Made by a program: the position numbers and the translations under genes
In this document: piece by piece, positions 25,579 through 37,050 of the stretch
How the letters are laid out: each line of letters begins with the position of its first letter
Numbering within the stretch: the first letter of the stretch is position 1
DNA from: Podarcis filfolensis
Taxonomy: Eukaryota
Strand: one strand, 5' to 3'
Assembly (NCBI GenBank): GCA_964270895.1
Contig: OZ185439.1
Length of the DNA stretch: 64,000 bases
The notes under the pieces: model-generated
Databases searched by the model: none
Told to the model about the DNA's origin: nothing
Seen by the model: only the letters and a program-made list of their open reading frames with translations

Positions 25579-25704
25579 TTACAAACATAAGCAAACCAGC
25601 AGGCTTGGCGGATTTCCATGTTGCCTCCTCTACGTTGTAATATTCTTCTCTAGCTTTTTCTTCTTTATTATTTCAGGTTCATATTTCAAGTCCCGCAGTG
25701 AGGA

Positions 25705-26721
25705 ATGAACAACCTAGCTGATTCTTCAGGCCTGTTCTTCAACACTTCACTGGAAAGTTCAGAACAATGTGGCAAAGAGACCAATACGGAGAACATCCTT
25801 TTTGCTACTTTCTACCTTCTGGATTTCATCCTAGCCTTTGTTGGCAATGCTCTGGCTCTTTGGCTTTTCATCCGGGACCAAAAGTCAGACACCCCAGCCA
25901 ACGTTTTCCTGATGCACCTAGCCATGGCCGATCTATCCTTTGTGCTAGTTTTGCCAACCCGGCTAGTATACCACTTTTCAGGCAATCACTGGCCATTTGG
26001 AGAGATCCCTTGCCGACTCACAGGCTTCCTTTTCTACCTCAACATGTATGCCAGCATCTACTTCCTCATGTGCATCAGTGTAGATCGCTTCCTAGCTATC
26101 GTGCACCCTGTAAAGTCCCTCAAGCTCCGCAGATCACTCTATGCCCACTTGGCCTGTGCTTTCCTGTGGGTTATAGTTGCTGTGGCCATGGCGCCTCTTT
26201 TGGTCAGTGTGCAGACAGCTGAGATGAACAATACCACCATCTGCCTGCAGCTCTACAGAGAAAAGGCATCACGCCATGCTCTCGTGTCATTGGCTGTGGC
26301 ATTTACGCTTCCATTTTTTACTACCGTGACCTGCTACTTGCTGATCATACGCAGCCTGAAAAGAGGGAACCGAATTGAGAACCATCTAAAGGAAAAAGCC
26401 ATCAAAATGATAATAATGGTTCTCATGATCTTCTTGGTCTGTTTCGTGCCCTACCATATCAACCGTTACATTTACATTCTCAATTACGATGGTGTGAAGA
26501 CTTCCTGTGAAATGCAGCGGATTCTGGCTCTTGGCAACCGAATTACTTCCTGCCTCACCAGCCTGAATGGTGCCCTAGATCCCATCATGTATTTCTTTGT
26601 AGCTGAGAAGTTCCGAGAGGCCTTATGTGGTTTATTTTGCAGCAGAAAAGCTGCAAGGCTACCTTCAAGTTATGATGGGAAAACGAATGACAGCTCTTTG
26701 AGCACTAAAACTGAACTGTAA
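25705..26721 (+). CDS. GPR17: GPR17, class A GPCR (P2Y/CysLT-related), 338 aa, single coding exon
   Basis: Seven hydrophobic segments with GN, LAxAD, DRF, DPxxY and CLQLYREK (ECL2) motifs and a C-terminal KTEL. Closely matches recalled human GPR17. Acceptor tttcag at 25675-25676, 28 nt upstream of the ATG. Confidence 0.97.
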   Translation: MNNLADSSGLFFNTSLESSEQCGKETNTENILFATFYLLDFILAFVGNALALWLFIRDQKSDTPANVFLMHLAMADLSFVLVLPTRLVYHFSGNHWPFGEIPCRLTGFLFYLNMYASIYFLMCISVDRFLAIVHPVKSLKLRRSLYAHLACAFLWVIVAVAMAPLLVSVQTAEMNNTTICLQLYREKASRHALVSLAVAFTLPFFTTVTCYLLIIRSLKRGNRIENHLKEKAIKMIIMVLMIFLVCFVPYHINRYIYILNYDGVKTSCEMQRILALGNRITSCLTSLNGALDPIMYFFVAEKFREALCGLFCSRKAARLPSSYDGKTNDSSLSTKTEL

Positions 26722-28407
26722 CTAATGAAATCAAGTGCTTTTTCAAAGAAAGGCTTTTTCTATCTGATACAATTAAATCTCCAAGATAGCAAAACTGTGT
26801 TTCTCCAACAGCACACTCTGATCTATGCTTCATTCTTGAGAAAACGAGTAACATATAGTAATTTTTGCACAGCTACCACCAGCAAGTGCTAATTCTCAGC
26901 GGAAGGTAGACTGCAATCTCAATGTATACAAATATAACCAGCATTACACTACAATAGCCACCCTTCTGATTGTCTTCAGACAAGAAAAAGGAAGAAAGCA
27001 TTTGCTTAATAACGCCATGATTGCTCCATGAAATATTTTTGTACTGAAAAATAACAGGCAAATACTTCCATCTTCAGTTATCAAACAAGCAAACTGCACA
27101 GCTAAGATTCAATAGTCCTGACATTCTCTAAGAAAGGTGTTCTAAATTTACATCTGCAGAGCTTTGAGAAGATTGTGCATATAGATTTTGACATGACCTG
27201 ATAAGAAAAGGAAATCCTCAAAGCCTCCAACACATCTGCAAGAAAGGAGAACCATTTGATTTTCTAGACAGCTCAATCGTCTCATTGTTGACTTTTGACT
27301 ATGGACAGCAGTAAACTTGATATAAACACCACATTACAACTTAAAACTCTCTTCTGTTACAGCCTTGGCTGCAGCTCTTATTTTCAGTAACATTTAGAAA
27401 CAATGACATGACACAACTTGTTTCATTTTATCTTTAAGTTTTTATATGAAGTATATGGTTCATGAATCACATGCACAAGACTAAAAGATTTCTAGGGAGC
27501 TTGCTACAAATGAGTAATCTAGTTCAGTTTAACTATTAGGATGCAACTCTTACTGACGCAATTGCCCTTGCTTAATGCAGACTGTACCTACCATAGCCAC
27601 CTTAACAGAACAAAAATCCTCAGTCAAGAGCCACTTCACCAGAACCTTTGCCTGTTGTCTCAATGTCAAATCTGTGCTGTAATTTTTGATAATTGCTACA
27701 CCCAAATCCTAAGCACTTGCTGTGCAAGAAATCACTTATACTGAACTCTTGTTGCCATAGCTTTTTTGGAAGCAGTGGTGCACCTAGGCCTAAATCTATG
27801 ACCCTGGAGTCCGGCAACCCGCTAAATTATCACCGGAGAGTGGAAGGTGATGAGGGCAGGAGCAAATGGGTAAACCCGACGTCAGCACCTGGGCAGGTAT
27901 TGACATGCCAGAGTGTACATTCTAATGGTGGTCACCTCAATGTATTTTTTTATTACTTTTTATATATATATAAAAGTTATACAGTGAGAGGGTGGCTGGC
28001 CAGCCATATGCACAGCTACAGCTCATTCTTTATTTTGTATTTCAAAGATACATTGTCTTTTTCTACAGGTAAATGAGTCTACCATCAGGGAAGCATAAGC
28101 AAACCTCATATTATTCCTGTAGTCATGATGATGTGAAATGGCACATGCTCAAGAGTATTTCTTCTTTCTAAATCAGGTTGGCAAACCGTTAGTTTGTTTG
28201 ATGCCCTAACAAAGCAGTTGTACAGCATAGCACGGCCAGGGTAGGGGCCGGGGAGAAGAGAAATGTGAATTGTATGTGTCACAACTGAAGTAATGCACAT
28301 GGCTACCTAAAAGGCGAGGCCCTAGCTGGATCCGGACACATCAAAGAAGCGTTTCAGTTGAAAGAGTTGTAAACAGGGAAAACAGGTAGAGAAAAATGGG
28401 GTGCCAC

Positions 28408-28425
28408 GTCGCCATCTGGTGGCAC
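28408..28425 (-). promoter_or_regulatory. Candidate CTCF binding site (GTGCCACCAGATGGCGAC)
   Basis: Close match to the CTCF core CCACCAGNTGGCG, with CpGs retained in a CpG-poor intron. Confidence 0.6.
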
Positions 28426-29607
28426 AATGTTATATCGCACATGCAACACATATAAATCACTTTTTCTTCACGAGTCTAGTTGAGTCCTCAGTGAGATAAT
28501 TAAAAATGGCCCCATTGTACTCTTATTTAGAAGAAGCAAATGTTCAGCTACCATATTATGGAGTCTTGCAACTTGCCTGTTAACCATGGAATCCTGACTG
28601 CTTTCCTATAACAGACTTTGCATTCACTACAGAGACCTTGCAACAAAGAAAAAAGGCACACAAATCATACTAAGTTGTTCCCTTTTAATTAGCTCAGTTC
28701 TACTAGGCTAGTCATCAAGACTACATAGGAAATGTTTCAGTATAAGGCCATTTCAGAAGGTTTATACTATGACCAGATAAACTGCATCACTCTTTCATAA
28801 CTGTTCTATTCGCTGCCAACCCAAGAAGTGAGAATATAAACTCAGAGACTCTTCTAGCTAGAAATCGCATGCAGTGATGCCAAAAGTTAAGATTCAAATG
28901 TTGTGGCACAGTTACTAGGCTGTTTTTTGTTGTTTTTTTACTTCCCTGTTGAAGGGCGTTTGCTTGGTTGTCTATTTTTACTTCATTTAGCTTCATATTT
29001 TATACTTTCTTTAAAAAATATTGTTTATACTTATTAAACACCAAAAACTATTAAATTCAGAGGAAAAAAAGAATTTATGTGGTGTGTTCAGTGTGCTGTC
29101 TGTCCACCAAGTTGTTTCTGGTGAGTTATTATCCAATCCCTAATCTTCATGTTTACATAGGTTATTCCTCTTCTACTCCCTCACATTTTGTCTAAAAGTA
29201 ATTTGCTTACAATTGAGGATGGTTCTCCATTCATTCTCTAGTTTTCTGCCAATACCTTCCCAGTTCATTTCCGCTATATGCCTCAATGCAATTAAGAGCA
29301 AGGTCCAGATTCCTTGCTTATCCCACAACAAGACTGCTTAACATTTCACACATTTCATATATGCATGCAGTTCACATGCTAAACCATCATACTTAAGAGA
29401 GATGAATGTGTGTTTCGGAAGACATTATCAGCTCTGCAAAAGTGCATACATGCCTGTGATTTTTTGGCACCTCCTTCTCTGGGTGTGCACGTATTTAAAG
29501 CATGTGTTTGCAGATCCCACCACGCACCCTGGGATTTCTCCTAGAGTGTGAAGTGGTCCTGACATCCAAAGAATTATCTCATGTTCACGTCCTCTGATCC
29601 TTCTTAC

Positions 29608-29728
29608 CTGCCAGCATTCTTCACAAAGCCCAAATCAGCAAGAACCACATCACAGAGCTCACAACGAAAGCATTCTGGGTGCCAGTTATTGTTCATTGCT
29701 TTGATAACACGGCCAATGATGAATTCAC
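29608..29728 (-). CDS. LIMS2: LIMS2 exon 4 ([40 protein letters not shown])
   Basis: Acceptor ttccaag, donor gtaag; 121 nt. Confidence 0.95.
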
Positions 29729-30143
29729 CTTGGAACAGAAGTACCACACTTCAGTTAAAACACTTGATTTATTTCAGGACTCTTCTCTATGTGCACAGCC
29801 ATTCCCCCAGAGAATTCCATGGATGATATATTTTAATCATTTATATTGCAAAGTAATTTACAATTATCTTAGACTCAGAATAAGCCTGCAATTAACTATT
29901 ATCGAAGAAACTGAGTCTGAGTGAGAGTGACTTAATGAAGGCCACTGAATAATTCATACCCACATTTTTCAGGCTCAGGACTAACATCCATGCCACTGAA
30001 ACATAAAAACCTATATTCTGAATGTCAGGAACTTTGGCTTTAAAACCTCAAAACTAATTATTTTATTGCTCTTGACCAGAGTGCCTAACGAGAACAACAT
30101 CCATCATTAATAATTCTTTCACCTTTGTGTAGCTTTCCTTAAA

Positions 30144-30165
30144 GAGAGAGAGAGAGAGAGAGAGA
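30144..30165. repeat. (GA)n microsatellite
   Basis: Seen directly, about 25 nt from the LIMS2 exon 3 donor. Confidence 0.9.
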
Positions 30166-30189
30166 AGGCTTGAATGATCTGCATCTTAC

Positions 30190-30256
30190 CACATTCCCCA
30201 CAGCAAGGCGCAAACAGCATCTGGAAGTCATGCTCACAATATTTCCTCCCTTCAAA
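30190..30256 (-). CDS. LIMS2: LIMS2 exon 3 ([22 protein letters not shown])
   Basis: Acceptor tttacag, donor gtaag; 67 nt. Confidence 0.95.
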
Positions 30257-31370
30257 CTGTAAAAAAAGATGCAGGAGAACATATCTTTACAAAATTTCCA
30301 CTATGTAATTCCAGTTTGCCCACCACAGAGTTACAATTCCCAGCACCCTTAAACCACAGTTCCCAGGATTCTTTGGGAAGAGGGTGGGCTTTAAATGTGT
30401 GGTGCGTATGAAGCTACTGTTACACAGAATGTAAGTGCAAAGTTCTACAAACTATTTACCACCATTATTTCAATCACTGCAGTTTTTTGTGTTCCTTTGA
30501 AGTAATTTATTCTTAGGAAAGCTAATCCCTAATGCAACCTATTTTGGATCAACATTTTAATAACAATATATTTGTTCTATAAGCATGTACTGCACTCTTA
30601 CAACACTCTCTCATTTTAATTATATTGGCTGCAGAACAGAGCATGATGGGCGGCAGAGCAACAGGGTACCCTTATGGACCAGGCAATGTTGCATTTGTTG
30701 AGATGGGTCAGCGCAGTGAGAGCATTCCACAGGTGAATGGGCCTTGAATTCATCAGCTTACTCACTTCCCCCACCCCCACACTTCCTCCAATACATCTCC
30801 AAATAAAAGAACAGAATGTTGCTTCCATGTTTAACTAACTGAAGTTTAGCATCTAATCCCAACATAGGACAAGCTGTGGTTAGTCTTAACTATGGTTAAT
30901 CAAAACAAGTCAACTTTGAACTGTGGTTTATGAAATTGGTTTGTTTCAATAAACCACAGTTAAAACAAGCCACAGTTTAGGGTTCAGATGTTGATGCTTC
31001 TCTGTGGTTAACTGAGAATGAAAATGAAAGCTTCTAATCACATCCTTGTGGCTATCCTAGAGGAGGATGGAGCAAACAAGCCCTGGCTCAAGAACATAAC
31101 ACTAAACAATAGCTCAGCATTATGTCTGAAGCAGGGCATTATTGACAATACTGCTAGGAAAGCAACCCCTCATTGATGACTGAATCATTTCAAAGCTAAA
31201 TTACTGTATACATGGAGGAAATGGAAGGGGGTCATTGATATAAGAATTGCAAATGAATTTTGGATAATCAAACCCCACAGAAAGTTCAGTCAAGCTTCTT
31301 AAAATCATGTAAGTGGAGGGGGGGGGAAGTCAAGTAGCTTTTCACACTATCAGAAAGATGCTGATCTTAC

Positions 31371-31530
31371 ATCGTAGAAGAGTCCATCTGGAAACTGGCG
31401 GAAGCACTGAGCACAGACAAAGCAGTTTTCATGATATAGTTCCCCATTGCTGTTCACGATTCGCTCAGTTGGATCAAAGCGAGCTCGGCAGCGCTCACAC
31501 ACAGCATTTGCAAGGGCATCTGACATGTTA
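31371..31530 (-). CDS. LIMS2: LIMS2 exon 2 ([14 protein letters not shown]...FPDGLFYD; LIM1)
   Basis: Acceptor ccccag, donor gtaag; 160 nt. Confidence 0.95.
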
Positions 31531-34500
31531 CTGGGGAACAAAACAGAAAAAGAAATATCACAATTACATATTGAAGCCATCAAAACCACCTAACTCAAAT
31601 TAATCAAATCAATGAGAAGTCCATGCTTACAAATTTATTTATGTTTTACCATATACAAAATCTATATATTGAAGGGTTCCATATATGCTCATCAACCCCT
31701 CCATGTTAGAAAGCCAAATCTTCCAGTAGGTCAGTGGGATATTTTCTGTCAACTTCAATGATGAGCCTATTTGAATCCAAACTGCATAAGAGGACTGAAT
31801 AAGGCATTTGCTAGCACAAAGTAGAAAACCAAGAAAACCAAGAAAACTCAATAATTTTTTTTGTGCCCTTTACAGAATATTCTTTGTAATAGTCAACTTT
31901 GCTGATGTCTAGATTTGTCTTAAATGTCACTGAAAGCAATGGAAATTTACAGTAAATGTGTTTAGATGCCAGTGTCTCAAGCAGACAATGGAATGAAAAA
32001 ACAAATAACTGAATGTCCACTTTCAGATGAGTGCTTTACATTACCTTTAGAATCCATTGGCTGGTTTTAAAGCATGCTCTGACTGCGTGTGGAATTCTGT
32101 GATCTGGACAGTCTTGTTTCCAGCCATATCAGCTTCAGATAATCTATGGCTTAGAAATGCTACTGGGTCACAGAGCCAGACACTATTAATCAACATCACT
32201 CATGCAAATAAAAATTCACAAGTAATCTTCTGAGTTTGGAGATAGCCTTGATGCTGTGTTCTTCAACAGATGTGAAAGAGTGAACAAACCCCTCCAGAGT
32301 TTTAATGTGAAAAGTTAAGCCTATAGGCACTTTCTGAAGCATGGATAACTGTGCAAAAGGCAAAAACAAATACTATGCTTTCAAGAGATCTAACTCCAAA
32401 GTCCTGTCTGTTAGTACGGAATCAGCCACCAGGGCTCCTGACACATCAGCAGTTGCCCTCTATCATTGCCTTGGCAGAGCAGAGTCACCCAAGGCCACCT
32501 ATGCTACTATGGAAGGGACTGGAAGCGAGCAAAGTCACCTTGGAGCAAAATGCAGTTGATTTACTCATGCTCTTTGATATTTAAACACAAATATATTCCA
32601 CAACAAAAAGTGCAAAAACTACCAGGGAAGCATGGGTAAATACAGATAATGTGGGACATACTGAACAGGACACAAACACAATTGAAAGAATGTTTATGCA
32701 AGAGCTGAAGGAGTCCTAATGGGCTTTACGAAACAGAAATGAAAACTCCCACCAAGAGACCAATAGTTAATCTGTGTCCTTGCAGGCCCATGTTTTTGTC
32801 CTTGGAAACATTTCTGGATTCTAGCTATGCAGGTCTTAAATTCATCCATCCCACTCATCCACCCACACACAACAGGCTAAAAATGTCAAATGTGAGAGGA
32901 TTGATCATATTTAACATCATAGTGGCAGCAGGCTTTCATAACTCCCAGCAGAATCTTACAAACAATCAGCTATCCAGACAATCTTATGAGAGCACAGGAA
33001 AAATTATAATGAAACTGAGTAATTAGGTGCTACATCCCAAAACTATCTTGGGATATACGGAGATGCAATAAAACTGATAAAGGGTAAACAGAATAAGTGA
33101 CTGTTATAAATAAAAATGTCGTTGGTAATGAGAAGTACGAAGGCCATGCAGAAGTCACAGTGCCTTAAAGAAAGCCTGATGTAAATTAATCAAGAGTAAT
33201 TCAGAAAATATTACACATAATTATGATATCAAACAGGATGAGCTTTTATCCTGGCCACTGACAAATCTAAAAGTGCAAGCTTCACAGATGTTGTTATAAA
33301 ATTCCCTTAAATATACATCTCCATCTCCAAATGGAAGTAACTCTTCAACCTTGCCCTCATCTGATCCTACAAAAGGTCTTTCCATTATTGTTCCTACCTG
33401 TTAAAGTACTTATCTCCATCAACCAGTCTATTAGTTAATTACTTTTATAACTGTGCTTGCCAGCCCCTTGCTAAGACTGCCCAGCCTTTGCAGCAGCTCT
33501 AGCAATCATCCATTTCCCACTTTTATATGAACAGCATAAACTTTTCAGACTTATTCATGCCACAAAGCTGGTAGCAAAGTTTGGTGGAGGACAGCTTGCT
33601 TCAGATAGCAACTCCATACTCATGTTGAGGCTTCACTGGAGAAACTGCAGGACAGTAATAGTTATTAATGACAAGACTAGAGGCAGTGAAATGGAGATAT
33701 CTGAAAAGTGCCATCTGGAAAGGACTGTGCCATATGGTTTAAAGAAAGCTCATATGTTTGTGCCTGAGAACCAAGGAGTGGGACAACACAGGACAATACA
33801 GCACCTGCACCACCACTGAAAGTGAGCAACATAAGCTCTGTGGCAGTAATTGTCCCTGGGATTGTGCTGGACTGGTAAACACATCCCATTGATCCACTGG
33901 AGATCAACAGAGAGATGACTCATAACCAAAGCACAGTGTAGATAGCATAGGAAGGCTGTTTACTAAGTGTGATGTCTAATGTCAAAGCATAATCAGATAT
34001 GCATAGCTTAAAAGATTTATAATTAAAAGTCATCAGTTTTAATTAATACAATGAAGGTATTCTGTTTTGGGTATAAAAGTCTTCATGTGCAAATTAGCCA
34101 GTCAAGATCAACAAAAAGCAAGAAAAGGCAACAACGAAAGAGACCTCTAAGTCTGTGGAATTTTCTTCACACTGTGGCTCACACATACATGGAAATCAGC
34201 ATGAGGAAGAGGTCATTAGAAATAACACAAGTCCACACCCAAACACATCACTATTATTAATTCTCCTGGAGCTTTGCGGTGCTTGAAATTCACAGCTGCT
34301 CAGGAGGTCTTTGTGACAACTCAGCTGGGAGCTTGATGGCACAAGAGAGGCAGTCCACAACCAGAATTTATTTTGATCTCTGATATATTTAGGGACTCTA
34401 ACAAAAGAATTACAGTATCTCTGTCTCTTGTAAAAGATGAGTTGGCAATGTAGCATAAAGGCGTGGTGAATGTTATATTTAATTCCTTAAACATACCAAT

Positions 34501-36156
34501 GTTATATTTAATTCCTTAAGATGATGATGCTTGGGGTGGGGGGGCACCCCTTTTCCTGTAGATACGGACTGTATTTCATTGCCATTGTGTTAAACAATCA
34601 GTCTTGTTTGCACAACTGAGAATTCAGAAGGGGCTGTTCTTAATTCTACCTTTCAATACAGACAAGAACATTGGGGGAGGGCTGTTTCTGCCTCACAGAT
34701 ACTCACTATCCATGTTGATTGAAAGACCTTTGCACTTACAACACTTCCACATACCTGCTGTGATGTAAGTGTTCACGTCTCAGGAGTAGAGAGAAACAAA
34801 TCAAGAGCTCAGGAGCCAAGTCTCTGATTCACCTTTAATGTACAAATCTTATTTAAGTAAGTTACTTGGCTGAGGATTCTGGGTTCTGAGATGCCAGACA
34901 GAATTGGTGGACCCAACTGATGCCACCTGTTCTCTACAACATGCTCAAACACCTCTCAGAGAGTGGAACAATTTGAAAAGCACTGCCCTACACTTTCCAT
35001 TTTATCTACAATTCTTCCCCTTCTGAATTATTTCAGTATTCTTCCAGAGTATCTCAGTAAATGAACCTGTCTCCTATTGTAGAATCTTCCCCTTTAATTC
35101 CCCTGCATCTAAAGCAGTACCCTCTCATGAACCAAAACCACACATTTTCATATGGGATGTAAGTGAGTCACGAAAACAGAAAAGTTTTAGTGTATGAATT
35201 ACTATGGGAAATGAGATTAAGACACAGAGCCTACAGCCTAGTGCAATTCAGACCAGACATTATTTGCTTAGAACAAAAGAAAAGCCTTCTGGTTCTACTA
35301 CCAGACTAAATGCAATCCAGTGAACCCTTGTACCCTTGTAGCAGAAATAGCTTTATGTTATGCGAAACAATGGTCCCCCCCCCAAAAAAAAGCTCAACAA
35401 CTTTGCCCCTTCCAATAAAAGCTCAATGAATTTTTGTCTGGATTTCACTTGAAATATGGCAACCCTGCAATAGACATGAGTTGACGACTATTTGGCAAAA
35501 AAATTAAAAGCCTAATTGAGCAGGAGTCTTCTAGGTGATGATAGGTATCAACGTGTTTATTTAATTTATCCTGCATATGATCATGTTCCAGAGGGGATAA
35601 GGGTATTGTTTCTTGTAAGAATTTTGAATACCACCGAAATTCCATGGGGACATATCACAAAGACAGGAAACACTGTGCTTGCTGAACTTTGCCCTGCTTT
35701 AGAGATCTTAAGGGAAGGGCAAATCCCTATTCTTTTTTCAGTATGACAATTCAATATATGCTGAAAAGAAAGAAAAAAATAACATAGAAACTATTTACAA
35801 TGGAAAAGACTTATTTCGGGTGGTATAAAAGTATTGGTTTGTTCCAGGTGTCAACAAAAGCTTGAACTTTAGACTATTAAGACTACACAGCGCCTTAGCT
35901 TTTGTTTATGTGGTGCCTACAACTCCCACATTGTTAGCCTGCCCAGCATCACCAAGGAGGCAAAAGTTCCCATGGTTGTTTTCCTGCTATTGTTCAGAAC
36001 TGTTAATACCAGAGCCAAAGATACCTCTTCAAACAAAGAGTGGAAACTGAAACACAGTCATGTCAGCCTGTCTAGTTTTGCCTTCCTTCCTGCTTCAAAG
36101 GAAACATTCCAATAATCCAAGACCATTAATCTAAAACAGCTATCCAAATAACCTAC

Positions 36157-36278
36157 CTAAATATCCCAGCTGCCCTGTCTTTCCCATCATTCCATAGTGA
36201 CCCTGTGCCACTCAGACGATCTTGCCGGCGTTGATAGAGTTTGGAAGATGCTAGCCCCCGAAGTTTCACGCCAGCCAT
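36157..36278 (-). CDS. LIMS2: Putative alternative first coding exon of LIMS2 (MAGVKLRGLASSKLYQRRQDRLSGTGSLWNDGKDRAAGIF-S)
   Basis: 122 nt from ATG to AG|gtaggt, phase 2, splicing in frame to exon 2; resembles recalled LIMS1/LIMS2 alternative N-termini containing SGLYRRR. Confidence 0.75.
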
Positions 36279-36989
36279 GGAATTCATTACCTCTGGGTAG
36301 AAAAGCTGTATGAGGATAACTGAAGAGCAGTCCACAAATAACACTGTAGGTTCAAGGAAGCAGTTTCTTCGGATAACTGCTTTTCTCAGAAATACTACAA
36401 GAACAAGTCCGTGCTTCTTATGCAGCAGCAGCTGCTCTGTAACTATTCAACATCTTCCTTCTTTTGTTCAAGTATGGAATTAGTGTAATTTGTTCAGAGT
36501 CATTTGAACAAGAACTAAAATTAAAAAATCTTGATTTTTTTTTACCTTGATTCCTTTACTAAAATCACAGAATCAAAAAAACTGAATTTGAGAGAGAACC
36601 CCCCCACCAAATTTGTTTAGTAATTAATACTGAAGACTACTTGCTGAAATAGACTCCTTCGTATCAGTCTTCTTTGACCAGTTCCATCACAATTCTATAT
36701 TATCTAGTGATCGGATTGCCACTTGGGAAAACAAATGCTGGAAAACAGCAGGCTAGCTTTGAAGCTTACTTCAAAAGCCACATATAGTCAGAATATCAAT
36801 AAGCTGAGAAAAGAAACATACTTTACATTCCATTCCCCACTATGTTCTCTCTGAGATGCAGTAGTGTTACAGACTCAAGCTGTTCCTTTACACAACTAAT
36901 TCCACGCCCACTTTAGGGAGATCACATTACATAAGCTGGAGTCATGACTAGCGTTTATATTGTTTGGATGATCCAGACCTCCCTAACCT

Positions 36990-37050
36990 CAGAATCATCA
37001 AATCGTAGAGTTGGAAGGGGCATGAGGGTCATCTAGTCTAACCCCCCTCA
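36990..37050 (-). mobile_element. CR1 3'-end fragment
   Basis: agaatcat..cgtagagttggaagggg..gggtcatctagtc.aacccc, the reverse complement of a CR1 3' UTR end. Confidence 0.55.

Noticed and set aside
30538-30547. CArG boxes (also 6421-6430 and 56399-56408)
   Set aside because: Isolated 10-mers at about chance frequency, at least one in probable repeat-derived sequence, with no supporting context.
30860-31130. Clusters of aaccacagtt/aaccatggtt motifs (also near 58870-59230 and 61370-61440)
   Set aside because: Probably decayed interspersed repeats; I could not define boundaries, TIRs or TSDs well enough to call them.
34469-34519. 29-bp-period tandem duplication
   Set aside because: Simple local slippage in an intron, with no associated feature.
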